Assembly: GCF_018350175.1 (NCBI RefSeq)
Contig: NC_058368.1
Location: 230,456,001-230,520,000 of the forward strand
DNA from: Felis catus
Taxonomy: Eukaryota
Length of the DNA: 64,000 nt
Reading direction: 5' to 3'
A program made the position numbers and the translations under genes. Positions 38,155 to 50,499 of this stretch are shown here, piece by piece. How positions within the stretch are numbered: position 1 is the first letter of the stretch; the number at the start of each line of letters is the position of its first letter. The notes under the pieces are model-generated. The model made no database searches. It had not been told where the DNA came from and worked only from the letters and a program-made list of their open reading frames with translations.

Positions 38155-38370
38155 TGGACTATGGGAGCCTATATTTATATCCCAGCTCTTGTTGGTTACC
38201 TGTCCTTGGGAGATTTTTGTAACCTCTTAAATCTTTAGTTATGAATCTGTAAAATGAAGTCAATAGCAGTACCTCTCTCTCAGGGTTGGGATAAAGAATT
38301 AATAAAACAGTGCATGTGACATGGTAATGATTCAATAAATGAGGGCTTGTGTTTACCATTGGTATCATCA
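38155..38370 (+). mobile_element. MIR
   Basis: atcccagctct...ccttggga...taacctct...atctgtaaaatg...agtacctctctctcagggttg, the MIR core. Confidence 0.7.
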
Positions 38371-38844
38371 CGATGGAGCGGCAATATGAAACAATTTTGA
38401 TTTAATGGAAAATAAGACCCAGTTTTAATATTAGTGTGATGGATAGGGACAGGATTTGTTTTAAAATTACCCTTCATCTCAATCTGGGTTTTGTTCCGTG
38501 TTTTCTCCATGGAAGACTGCAGCTGCATGTTTTCATAGAGGTCAACAGAATTAAGGTTTGCAAGAAAAGTATATTTGTAAAAGTTGTTTCAAAATGGAAT
38601 ACTCTTCATTCTGTGAACTCAAATGACTTCTTGAAATTTCTCAAGTTACATGACCTGAGGCTAAAACGAAACTGGGCAAAGATGAAAAGCAGAACATTCT
38701 CTTGTGTTCATGTGTATTCTGCTTCAAAGAACTGCAAGCCATATCACCTCTCTCCAATTTCAAGTAGCAGATGTACGTGCCTGACAATTGTCTGATTGTT
38801 CATAATGCATCATGGTCAGACTACTGACCTTCATTTTTACTTAC

Positions 38845-38985
38845 ATGTACAGTGCCATTCGCTGGGTCTCAGTCTCATCATCTGTAAAATGGAATTTGTT
38901 GAAGGTTTACATGAATTAATACATGCGAGATGATAGCAAAACTCCTAGTGTATGACAATAATGCAAAAATATTAGGTATATTTGG
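38845..38985 (+). mobile_element. MIR fragment
   Basis: gtctcagtctcatcatctgtaaaatgg...aaggtttacatga. Confidence 0.6.
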
Positions 38986-40024
38986 CTAGTTTTCTTTTTT
39001 TCAGTGTGATCTTATTTTGAATGCCTAGCTTAGTCACAATCTGAAAATGTGAGACCCTTGTACTTGAACATCATCATGACTCAACAATGTCATTCATTCC
39101 ATGTTCTTTCATTCAGTAGGCACCCATCGACAGCCCACTGGAAACTAAACTCTTTTTAATGCTGATTATGTGAGAGCTGAACTAAACTTTCAGTCCGATT
39201 CCCAACTTCCACTCTTTGTTCACTCCACCACCATGTGGTCATCAAGGCAGCTTTTTTGTGTGAGAACCCTAGGAACCAAGGTTGCACTTTAAGATGGCCC
39301 CGGTATAGAAGAGTGTCCCCAGCTATCTTATTTCCAGAGATTCTTAGCCAAGGATGCTCCCACAAACTCAGTTTGAGTCCTTATGTTGATTCTTGGCAGG
39401 AGTAAGGAGGATGTGCTACCTGTAATATTAAAAAGAAATCCTCAAGGAGCTAGCCATCCCTATTTTTGTGCAAGGCTGTATAATTTCACCTTTGCCTACT
39501 CACTCTAGGCCTAGAGAGTTTGGAATGGCAGCCTCGGGCCCTACCAAGAAGTGTATGGGGCTTTGTCACTTCTGGGTTATGGTACCTAATAGAAATGCAA
39601 ACAGCTGAACACCCATTGTCATCCACACAGATAAAGTCATGATGTTATGGTTAGTGAATGCCCTGCGGTTCCAAGAATTTTCCAGACTCTGTGTTTACCA
39701 AAGATGAAATTAGCTGTCTACTCATTTTCAGTAATTCACATGGTTTGCCAACTGTCAGCTCCTCTACCAGAAAAACCTGTAGACTAAGCAAAGCTAAGTT
39801 TACTAGATTTACTATGGTAAGGGAGAACACGACCTTGCAGAAGTCAGAAGGGAAATTGGGCCTGGTATTTATAAGGCCTTAGATCCTTGGCTGAGTTTGT
39901 TTAAGGTGGGTGTTCCAAGATGCAAAACAACTGGCATTGGGCAGAGTTTATAATGTAATAGCTCTGGACTGGTGGTACATAGAGGCAAGGGTCATGAAAT
40001 GAGTTTTGATAAGCAAACTATTAC

Positions 40025-40238
40025 TTTTTTTTTTTTTTTAATTTTTTATTTTTGGGACAGAGAGAGACAGAACATGAACGGGGGAGGGGCAGAGAGAGAG
40101 GGAGACACAGAATCGGAAACAGGCTCCAGGCTCTGAGCCATCAGCCCAGAGCCCGACGCGGGGCTCGAACTCACGGACCGCGAGATCGTGACCTGGCTGA
40201 AGTCGGACGCTTAACCGACTGCGCCACCCAGGCGCCCC
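40025..40238 (-). mobile_element. Young feline SINE (SINEC_Fc1-like)
   Basis: CpGs intact (cccgacgcggggctcgaactcacggaccgcgagatcgtg), long T tract, perfect TSD caaactattactttt. Confidence 0.95.
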
Positions 40239-40926
40239 ACAAACTATTACTTTTGATAAGCAAGCTGCTCAACTCACAGTCTGAACTTCCAGAGGCAGGT
40301 ATTTTCTGAAGCAAGCAGTTGGATTAGTCTGTCCCCACATCATTTAACCCAGGGCCAGAAATTATGATGATACCACTTCCCACCTAAAAAATCATTATAT
40401 GATGGGGCTAAATGTCTTCAAATCTCTCTCTCATTCTCCCTTCCTCCCTCAGTCTCTTCTTCTGCCTCTCCCTGCCCCCTCTTTTTCTCCGTTCTTTCCT
40501 CCCTTCCTCAATAATTTATGAAAGAGGCAAACTTAAGTTACTTTATGTAATGTATGTAATTTGGGGTACAAACAGCTACCAAGAAACACAACCAAAGTAT
40601 AAGAAATCATCTTTATTACTACACAGAAGAATATGACAGTTGTTAGATGAAATGACATAATCTTAACTACAGTCACTTTTAGGAAAAGAGGCCCAGGGCC
40701 AGTTTCCAGAGATTATAAAACAGCTTGTGTGCTTTTATTTTCAAGGTCTGACTTCTCCAAGGTCATCGAGGAAGGCTATAGTTTCAAGCAAGCCCAATTT
40801 TGTATTCCTAACTCTTGATCTCTCGGGAATTGAAAAATAAAGTATTCTATGGCTCATTTACAAAATGCTGTGCTCAAACATGAACCCATGACTTTCACAG
40901 ATGGTTACTATCAGACATTGACATCA

Positions 40927-41477
40927 TATAGGGGAGGAAAAAATATTTTTCCTCTACCCACCTTAGGCTCTCCAGCTGGGGTCTTGTAACTGAGATAGGC
41001 AAAAGACAAATTAATGAGAGAAAAACAGAAGTTTATTAACTTGCATATGGCACATACACGTGGGAGCAGCCAGTGATGGGTAGCTCAAAGAGGTGGTTAG
41101 AACTTATGCTTAAATATCATCTTAGGCTAAACAAAGGAAAAGGGATTGGGGGCTTCTGGGAGGGGGAGACAAGTAGTTATGGGAAGGTGACTAAGAAAAG
41201 TACGGTTAAATAGGGTTCCATGCTAAGGTTTGTTTTCCATATTTAAGTTGATGCTGTAAGAGTTGCTAAGGGTCCTCCTCCTCTTCCTGGTACAGAAGAG
41301 GGAGACATCTTGACAAATGGAAATTTCCTTTATAAATGTAAATTTCCATTACAAAATGACAAGCTGTGCTGACTAGAGAACTTTTTCCGCCTCTGTTGGT
41401 GCCCAGTGGCCTTTTTCCCAAAATGACCCATATGCCAAAGGGACGTGGTTGGGGATGGCATGTTTTGGTTTCGTTCA
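40927..41477 (-). mobile_element. ERV1 solo LTR, MER34-like
   Basis: The minus strand begins TGAACGAAACCAAAACATGCCATCCCCAA...TTTGGCAT (MER34-type 5' end) and ends ...tttttcctcccctata. Flanks read catca / catcc. Confidence 0.7.
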
Positions 41478-42834
41478 CATCCAAATGATTTTCGACTACA
41501 ATTCACTTTAAAAAAATACCCTGGGAAGAGCTTCTTACTTCTTAGATAGGAGCTGCACTGCTTGGCCCCAGTTGGAGATAAGCCTCGTTTCTGATGACTG
41601 GAATCTAGCTTGTTATTCCCTTACTGTAAGCATTTAATGTCATTTGAAAAATTGCAGATCTACAGAATCCAACTGGAAATGGAGTGAGATACCATAGACA
41701 CACCTGAGTTTTGATTCTTCCTTTCAAAAAAAGTCATCCTCTTTTGTCTGTGAAATTACCTCGTTTTCAATTAAATTAGTCCCAGCTTTGAAAACAGGGA
41801 GGATCATTTCTTAAATTACTAATGAAAACTTTAAGCGAGTTTGGGCCTCTCGTTTAAACTAATCTATACCAGCTTGTTCTACACGTGTTAGGTGCACTGC
41901 TGGCACTAAAATTTGAATATCAGAGTGTTCCTGGGATCAGTTTTGGCTTTGAAACAAGACAGCACCTCAACATGGATGGCTGTGTCAATAACAGAGCTGT
42001 TGCAGAACTTCAGGAGTTAAGACGTCTCAAGGGGGAGCCCTCATAGATTTAATCAGCTTAAACCAGAATTTGCCTCATTTGTGAAAGCGAAGATCTGATT
42101 TTCTTGCTAATGTGAAAACCATCTCACTCCTCTGTAGTTAACCAAATTTTGTACCTATTTTGAAAATAAGCAAGAATAATTCTGCTTGATTCTCAGCATG
42201 TAACGTGGATGTGATGCTTTCAAAAAAGAATTCCATGTCTGGGCTGGAAGCTGTCAGTGGCATTAGTAGGGTGACAGTTTTTGGTTATTGAGGCTGACAG
42301 TACAGTTCTTCTGCCTGCTCTCCCCACACATTTATCAGCCCCCGCAGCCCTCTCTCTCGTCGTCACCACCTCGGTGAGACTCTTAACTCAGAATGATTGG
42401 GTGAGTCCAATTCTAAAAGGATTAACCTTCACCTGAGCCCCGGTGGTCACTGCAGTTTCCTCTCCTGAAATATTAAAGAAGAGAACTCAGAGATCGTTTG
42501 TTCTGGTCAGCCCTCCCCTGGGATTCCTGGAAGCTTGAGGAGTTCTGGCCTAAGGAACTACGCTTTTTTCAATATTTTAAAATTATTTTAAAGTAGTTAT
42601 TTGTTATAAATTGGGTGGTGGGAATCACTTATCATCAAAAAATGGATTGCTCTTAAGGGAAGGTTTATAAAAGAAAGATAAAGATTCAAATCTTAACAGA
42701 GAATTTTTATATCCTGGAAATACTGATATTCCATTGATAAAATTCATTAAGGCTCTGTCACTATATCCAGCATCCAATCTGACTTTTCTGAAAAAAGAAT
42801 ATATACAATTACTTTTAAATTTTCCTATGATGGA

Positions 42835-43040
42835 GGGGTGCCTGGGTGGCTCAGTCAGTTGAGTGTCCGACTTCGGCTCAGGTCATGATCTCGTGGTTCA
42901 TGGGTTCACGCCCCATGTCAGGCTCGCTGCTGTCTGTGTGGAGCCTGCTTCAGATCCTCTGTCCACCTCTCTCTGCCCCTGTCCCACTCGTGCTCGCGCG
43001 CTCTGTCTCAAAACTAAATTTTAAAAATCATTTAAAAAAT
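42835..43040 (+). mobile_element. Can-SINE
   Basis: ggggtgcctgggtggctcag head; TSD-like tttcctatgatg / tttcctgtgatg. Confidence 0.92.
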
Positions 43041-43224
43041 GATAAAGTAAAATTTCCTGTGATGCATAACACTACATGTTAGAGTTAAATTCTATTTCAC
43101 ACTCTTATAACCATCTTTGTTACATGTGTTTTAAAACACTCTTTTGCACGCACTACAGAATGACTGTCGCATCCATTTCCTGTAATTATTCTTCTCAAAG
43201 TAACATTCACATCGCATATTTAAA

Positions 43225-44400
43225 AAAAATTTTTTTTATTGTTTTCGAGATACATTTGACATAAAGCATTGTGGAAGTTTACGGTCTACAAGGTGTTGAT
43301 TTGACACATTTATATATCACAGTACGTTACTACCTTGGTATTAGCTAACACATCTATCATGTCATATAATTATCATTTCTTTTTGTGGTGGGAACAGTTA
43401 AAATCTAGTCTCTTAGCAGTTGTAAATTGCATGATACAGTATTGTTGTTCATGACCACCAAGCTGTGCGTCAGATCTCCAGAACTTATTTATCTACTAGT
43501 TGCGTTTCTGTACCTTTAAACAACACCCCCCTAATTCTCCCACCTCCCAAACCCTGGTGATTACCATTCTGCTCTCTGTTTTTATTAGTTTGGCTTTTTG
43601 GATTCCACCTGTAAGTGATATCATACAGTATTTGTCTTTCTCTGGCTCATCTCACTTGGCATAATGTCCTCAAAGTCCATCCATGTTATTGCAAATGGCG
43701 GGATTTCCTTCTTTCTTGTGGCCAAGTAATATTCTAAGAATATATATACCACATCTTCTTTATCCACTCATCCACTGAAAGATGGTTAAGTTGTTTCTAG
43801 ATCTTGACTATTGTGAATAATGCTGCAATAAACACCAAATACAGATATCTTTTCTGTAACCTATTTTCATTTCTTTCAGATATGTACCCAGCATTGGAAT
43901 GCGAAATACTATGGTATTTCTATTTTTAATTTTTTGAGGTCCCTCCATACTGTCTTTCATAACAACTGTACCAATTTACATTCCCCCAGTGGTTCCTAAG
44001 GGTTTCCTTTTCTCCACATCTTTACCAACACTTATCTCTTGTCTTTTTGATAATATCCATTCTAACAGATGTGAAGTGATATCTCAGCGGTAGTTTTGAT
44101 TTGATTAGTGATGTTGAGTATCTTTTCATGTACCTGCTGGCCATTTGGGTGTCTTTTTTAGAAAAATATCTGTTCTGTTCCTCTGCCAATATTTATTCAA
44201 ATTGTTTATTTATTTTTTGCTACTGAGTTGTATGAGTTCCTTACATACTTTGGATATAACCCCTGGTTCGATATATGGTTTGCAAATATTTTCACCCATT
44301 CCTAGGTAGCCTTTATTTTTTCTTTCTTTTCTTTCTTTTTTTTTTTTTTTGCTGTGCAGAAGCTTTTTAGTTTGATGTAGTCCCATGAGTTGCTTTTTAC
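43225..44400 (-). mobile_element. Older LINE-1 3' fragment (L1MA/L1_Carn-like)
   Basis: cagatctccagaacttatt...gattccacctgtaagtgatatcatacagtatttgtctttc...gtccatccatgttattgcaaatgg...gctgtgcagaagctttttagtttgatgtagtccc. Confidence 0.88.
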
Positions 44401-44629
44401 TTTCAGCTACCCATTATTGTCGCAACATTTTGGTAGACTTTATCTTTGAGGTCAGTGCTTTTATTTTTAAAAGCATTAAATGAGGCTGTGTGCAAATCTT
44501 GTTGAAGCTATGCCGCATACCATCTGGAAGAACTTTCAACACAATCCTAATTCACAACCACACCTTGAGGGTCATGACTTCTCAGGGACAGTTGAGAGTT
44601 TCTGTATCACGCACCCAAATACTCAGATA

Positions 44630-44665
44630 CATGCACACACACACACGGATGCACAGGCACTCATG

Positions 44666-44706
<41 letters not shown>

Positions 44707-44711
44707 ACACA
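44630..44711. repeat. (CA)n microsatellite with a degenerate 5' part
   Basis: Perfect CA run at about 44669-44702. Confidence 0.95.
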
Positions 44712-46004
44712 GCATAAATCGAGTACAGCATGTCATGGGCCTCCAGATTTTGATCAGTCACCTTCCACCCACCCATGACTCAGTGTGAATGGTGTGGATG
44801 GAGAAAGTAGATAAACTCATTTGCTCCCATTCTTTTCTCTCCCTTCCCCAGATGTACACATTTTCACTCACAGAATAAGATGAGTAATAGATTCATTTAA
44901 AAGTAAATCTTCATATATATTAAGTTAATGTTTAATTAGCTGGTGAATTTAAAATAAATTTTGAAGCGTTTATTTAAAAGGAATTCAGCGTAACTTTTCT
45001 TTGGTTTGAGCCTCACTGATGCTCATTGATTATGTTTTAGGTCTAAAGATTAAAAGCAAATGAGGGGGTCATAGGAAAGGCCTGCACAGACAGAGGCAAT
45101 GTTTGATTTTATTATGATTTAAGACTTAAGGTTATTAAAATGTATTTTTTGTCAATCTGAGTTTCTTTTTCTAAGATATCCCTTACCTCTTTTAGGGAAA
45201 AAAACCCACACAATTACCCTCTATTAAAATAAAGGATCCAGTGAAAGTAATTAAGATTTTATTAAAGAAATTTTAATAAACCAATTACTGCTTATGAATA
45301 TGGATAATCTCAGGGAAAAGAGCCACCCTGTGCCTGAAATAAAAATAAGCTATATTTTAAATATATTTAGTATACATAATTAGTTATTTAAATGTCTTCT
45401 CAACTAAACCTACTGTCAAAATTATATTTGGAACACCAATAATTTTATACTTAAAGGAAAGCTTTTGAATCCATATAATTAAAGGAAAGATGCTACAGAA
45501 ATTTTATTAGAGATTTTAACCTCAAAGAAATTAGCATATTTTCAACAGGTAAATTGAAATTTGCTGGTGACCACCAACCAAAATACTAAAACATTTTTAT
45601 GTTACTTTCAGATACGAATAAATGAGGTAGCTTGTATGGATACCAAATATCACTGTGAATTCAGTTTATTCCACAGGTTTTTTCCACAAATTGAAATTTT
45701 AGTACTACCTTAGCTAATTTAGAATTATCAAGGAGTTAATACAAGATAATTACTCAGATACAACATTGGAGATGAGCCTTCTAATGCTAAATTGACTAAT
45801 GTCTTTGAGCGGCATAAATTGTTCTCTACTAGTTAAAAGTGGAATTTCTGTAGAGTTATATTATCTGTATTTCTGTGGAGGTTATAGTGTTGTTGAAATA
45901 ACATTTTGTATTCTCACTTGGACTTATTACTTATAATATCTGCTATTTTATTTTTTTACATCATGGCTTCATTTGCCTGGAGCACATGTCATCTTACAAA
46001 GGTC

Positions 46005-46690
46005 TATCATCCAGCTATTAATTCTTGTATTTATTCAGCACCTGAATGGTGAGCACCTAATATGTGTCAAAGCATATTCTGTGTGTTGTATGTGTTCTGT
46101 ATGCTATGAACACTCAGGCCCCCTGGTTTCATGTCGTGTCTGGGACCTTGTTGGGGAGGAACAGTGAGGAAATGGCAGAAGTTCAAATAATGGGAGATAG
46201 GAGTTAGTGATGAGGTCTCCGCTAAAAATTAAAATACTCTCATAGCAGGTGTCTGGGAAGCTAGTTTAGAGTGATCCAGAAAACTTTCGCTGAGTTTTTG
46301 CACCTTTAAGGTACCATGTGAGCAGAAAGAAAGATCAGCCTTGGAAAGCTCTAGAGAAGAATATTCCAGGCTAAGAGAGCCATAGGTCTAAGAGATCGGA
46401 ATTTCAAAGGAGCTTGTGTGTTCAAGGAGAAGAAATATGGCCACGATGCCCGCAGCAAAATGACTACAGTTACAGCAATGGAAGGGCCCTGAGGGCAGGG
46501 ACGTTTGTTTTCTTCAGTAATGTATCCACAGTATCCCACACGGAACCTGGCACCTAGGTCCTTAATGTGCATGGAGTGAATAAGTGAATGAATGATTCAA
46601 GATGAATTTAGAGATTTAGGGAAATGCCTGATCATGAAGCTGTAATAAGAGGTTTAACTTTGTTTTAAGCATAGCAATATTTTAAGGGGA
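46005..46690 (-). mobile_element. L2 fragments
   Basis: tatttattcagcacc...gagcacctaatatgtgtcaa and gtgtgttcaagga...atggcc L2-like motifs. An opposite-orientation L2 3' end (cctggcacctaggtccttaat...gaatgaatga) lies at about 46480-46600. Confidence 0.5.
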
Positions 46691-46696
46691 TGTGTA

Positions 46697-46918
46697 GGGG
46701 CGCCTGGGTGGCTCAGTCGGTTAAGCGTCCGACTTCAGCTCAGGTCACGATCTCACAGTCTGTGAGTTCGAGCCCCACGTCGGGCTCTGTGCTGACAGCT
46801 CAGAGCCTGGAGGCTGCTTCAGATTCTGCATCTCCCTCTCTCTCTGCCCCTTCCCCGCTCATGCTCTGTCTCTCTCTGTCTCAAAAATAAATAAAAACAT
46901 TAAAAAAAATTTTAAAAA
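46697..46918 (+). mobile_element. Can-SINE
   Basis: ggggcgcctgggtggctcagtcggttaagcgtccgact head; TSD ggggatgtgta on both sides. Confidence 0.95.
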
Positions 46919-46925
46919 GGGGGAT

Positions 46926-47376
46926 GTGTAGTAGATTGAATGTTGGCCCTCCAAAGAAGTCCATATCCTAAATCTTAGAGCCTGTGAATGTAATCTTAGG
47001 TAGTAAAGGGGCTTTATAGAGGGGATTAAGTTAAGGATCTTGAGATGGGGAGATTATCCCGGATTACCCAGGTGGGCTCAGGGAGATCACAAGTATCATT
47101 ATAACAGGGAGGCAGGGAGGTTCAGAATCCCAGAAGGGGATGTGATAATGGATGCTGAGGACGGAGTGATGCAAGCCTCAGGCCAAGGAGCACAGGCAGC
47201 CTTTAGAAGTTTAAAAAGACAAGGGAATTCTCCCTTAGAACCTCCAGAAGGAGCGTCACCCTGCTCATGCATTTTATTTAGCCTTCAGATCTGCAGAATT
47301 GTAAGATAATAAATATGCATCATTTGAGCACCGTGTCTGTGGTAACTTGTTACAGCATGAATGGGAAGCTAAGACA
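46926..47376 (+). mobile_element. MaLR solo LTR (MLT1D-like)
   Basis: cctgtgaatg...gattaagttaaggatcttgagatggggagattatcc...tctcccttagaacctccagaagga...gtggtaacttgttacagca...ctaagaca. Confidence 0.85.
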
Positions 47377-47460
47377 CTATTATTCCAAATTAAAGGAAGT
47401 GGTCATTTAATAAGTTGCAAACATGAAGATGGTTACATTCTTAAAAGTCAATCACTTATC

Positions 47461-47496
47461 ACGCTCACTTCGGCAGCACGTGTACTAAAAAAAAAA
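47461..47496 (+). pseudogene. 3'-truncated U6 snRNA retrocopy
   Basis: ACGCTCACTTCGGCAGCACGTGTACTAAAA against the U6 5' end GTGCTCGCTTCGGCAGCACATATACTAAAA gives 25/30 identity; it ends in an A10 run. Confidence 0.75.
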
Positions 47497-47734
47497 TCAG
47501 CGTTTGTAATCTAAATTAAAATGCACTTTGTATTTAGTTGCAGTATTTAGGTGGATCCTCCTTCCTGTATCTTCTGTTCTCTCACAGCAGATGAAGAGGG
47601 TAAGAGAACCAGGGGCTCTAAGTTACGAGAGGGGTAACCAGGAAAAAAGTGTGATAGAAGGGAAAAAACTGAGCCCAGAGACAGAGACAAAGGAGGGGGA
47701 AGGGAAGGGATCCCATGCAGCGTCTGAGTGTCAG

Positions 47735-48110
47735 GACTCCAGGGGTGGCAAATCTGGGTGGTTCTGGCTCAGGGTCCCACGTGAGACTGTGTCATCTGAA
47801 GCCTTACCCGGACCCAGAGGTTCCGCGCCCGAGGCAGTCTCCACGTGGCTGTTGGCTGGAGACCTTGGTTCTTTGCCCCGTAGGCCTCTTCAGAGCAGCA
47901 CTGGAAGATCTTCCCAGCGGGACGGCTGGCTTCCCCTCCAACCAGCAGAAGCCGAGACAGAACTTGGAGGGAGCAGCGGTACCTTTGCTGTGACTGAGTC
48001 TCCAAAGCCACCTCCACCATATTACGTCAGTTAGGGCAAGTCTCTAAGTCCAGTGCTCACTCCCAGCGAGAAGGATTGGGCTCCGGGGTTAGAAGGGGAT
48101 GTCAAAAAAG
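47735..48110 (-). mobile_element. MaLR LTR fragment (MLT1F/G/H-like)
   Basis: ctgggtggttctggctcagggtc...gtcatctgaag...gtggctgttggctggagaccttggttc...ggcctctt...ggctggcttcccc. Confidence 0.65.
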
Positions 48111-49046
48111 AGAATAACAAAAATGTTAAGCCAGCACAGAAGGAAGAGGACGGAGTGAAGAGAAATTTAAGCAGAACAATGACTTCTCGTTTCTTTATAG
48201 AGAATGCCTAGATATGCCCATTTTTCTCAAGTAATCTCTCTCCCGTCTGCCAGGACTATGGATGTGTGTGTGTTAGAGGGGTGTGTGTGTGTGTATGTGT
48301 GAGTGTGTGTGTGTCTGTCTGTAGCAAGACAGCTTTAGAGTTCTGGCTGTTTCCCGCTTTTGACTCCTGTCAGACATGTCAACCTTTATCTCAAATAACC
48401 CCCAGAGACCTCTGGTTCTACACTCGAGCGGGTCTATACGTCCAGATAATGTAACCAAAACTCTCTGAATTCCCCTCAAAAGAAATTCTGCCGCATTACA
48501 TCCATCTGGCCAAGCCCTCATCGAAACAGAGGAGATAAAAGCTGCCCCCAGTCACAGGTCCAGTGCACCCCTCACGGGTCAGGAAGCACTTGGGGGTTGC
48601 AGATGGGAATTAGTATAGGAAGTTCAGAGGCGGGATCTAGAGCAATGATAAGCTGTCTGGAACATGAAACACGGATGGAGCCAGTCTGGAAGGTGGGATG
48701 AATGGAAACAAGGAAACTTCTGTCCATGCTAAATGCTGAATCAGGTTACACTAATTAATGAATTAATGAGGAAGGTAATGCAGAGAAGAGCCCGATAAAG
48801 AGTTATCTTGGACCATCTCCTGTCCCATCATTCACTTCTTGTCAGATATTAGATTAAGCCTTCACACTTTGATTTTCCCCTCTTTAAACCTTTTTCCTGT
48901 TTGTTAGAAAACGGTAAAGACTGTTTTATTTTTGCAGAATGCCTTTAGATTATTTTAAATTCATTGCATGTAAAAATGCAGAAGACTTTGTTTTACTAAT
49001 TAGGTTTTAGAGGAAATGTATTTTAGAGCAAAACATACCACCCATA

Positions 49047-49312
49047 ACAGGAAAAAAATAGTTACAAACAGAGAGGGAGGGAGGCAAACCATAAGAGACT
49101 CTTAAATACAGAGAACAAACCGAGGGTTGATGGGGGGGGGGGGGGTGGGGGAAGGGGAAAATCGGGGGGGGCATCGAGGAAGGCACTTGTTGAGATGAGA
49201 AATGGGTATTGTATGTAAGCGATGAATCACGGGAATCTACCCTCCAAACCAAGAGCACACTATATATGCTGTATGTTAGCCAACTTGACAATAAATTATA
49301 TTTAAAAAAAAA
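49047..49312 (+). mobile_element. 5'-truncated feline LINE-1 3' UTR insertion
   Basis: gagggaggcaaaccataagagactctta...ccaacttgacaataaa plus A tail, complementary to the L1 3' end at about 9630-9800. TSD-like ataccacccata / ataccatccata. Confidence 0.88.
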
Positions 49313-49605
49313 TACCATCCATATTTTAAAACATATATGCCTCAATTTTCATGTATTGGTATTTTCAAATCGGGATTTAAGAATGAAAAAAATTATATCT
49401 TCTGGCTCTATGTGTGTGCATTGTATCCTTAGAAGAACAGACACAATCCTTGTAATGTGATATTTTTTTAAAGTTTTCTTCAGATACTTGGGTAGATATT
49501 AATTTCATTGTAATGTGCTTTTTTAAAGCTGAAAACCTAATTGTTTTATGAGAAAAGAAAATTTTCACAAGACTGCAAATGAATGTATTTTGATTTTCTT
49601 TAAAA

Positions 49606-49824
49606 AATTTTTTTAATGTTTTATTTATTTTTGAGACAGAGAGAGACAGAGCATGAGCAGGGGAGGAGGGAGGGGCAGAGAGAGAGGGAGACACAGAATC
49701 AGAAACAGGCTCCAGGCTCTGAGCCATCAGCCCAGAGCCCGACGTGGGGCTCGAACTCACGGACCGCGAGATCGTGACCTGGCTGAAGTCAGACGCTTAA
49801 CCGACTGCGCCACCCAGGCGCCCC
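49606..49824 (-). mobile_element. Can-SINE with a young-type 5' half
   Basis: ggaccgcgagatcgtgacctggctgaagtc...cgactgcgccacccaggcgcccc. Confidence 0.93.
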
Positions 49825-50049
49825 AATGTTTTATTTATTTTTGAGACAGAGAGAGACAGAGCATGAGCAGGGGAGGGGGGAGGGGGGAGGGGCAGAGAGT
49901 GAGGGAGACACAGAATCCAAAGCAGGCTCCAGGCTTCAGGCTCCGAGCTGTCAGCCCAGAGCCCAACACGGGGCTCGAACTCATGAACCACGAGATCATG
50001 ACCTGAGCCTAAGTTGGACACTTAACCCACTGAGCCACCCAGGCGCCCC
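49825..50049 (-). mobile_element. Can-SINE
   Basis: Reverse-complement SINE. The dimer is flanked by a perfect TSD tgtattttgattttct (49584-49599, 50050-50065). Confidence 0.93.
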
Positions 50050-50300
50050 TGTATTTTGATTTTCTAAAATTTGGTAAAATCTCTCTTAATGGACTGAATA
50101 AGCAGCTTTATATATTATTTAAAGCAAGATAAATGTATGTGATAATATTGTTAGCATTTCAAATCCGTCCGAATCAGAATGTATTTTTGAGCACCTTCTG
50201 TGTACCACTGAGCAATTTTTTGTGTGTACCCAGTCTGCAACTCTAATGGTAATGCAAACATGTGCATAGAAGTTTATAGAAAATGGTCTATACACTAAAG

Positions 50301-50499
50301 CAGGGTGGGTGAAATTTTCCATAAAGGGCCACATAATAAATGATTTTGGCTGTAGGGGCCATGCAGTCTGTGTCACAAATATTCAACTCTTCCCTTGTAG
50401 GCCACAGACAGTATGTAAATAAACAGGCAAGGCTATGTTCTAATAAAACTTGATTTACCAAAACAAGCCGGCAGGATTTGCCCTTGAGCCAACCCCCTG
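50301..50499 (+). mobile_element. MER58A-like hAT-Charlie DNA transposon
   Basis: caggg...taaagggcca...ggccatgcagtctgtgtcacaaatattcaactct...taataaaactt...ccctg; 8-bp flanks cactaaag / tgctaaag. Confidence 0.75.
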
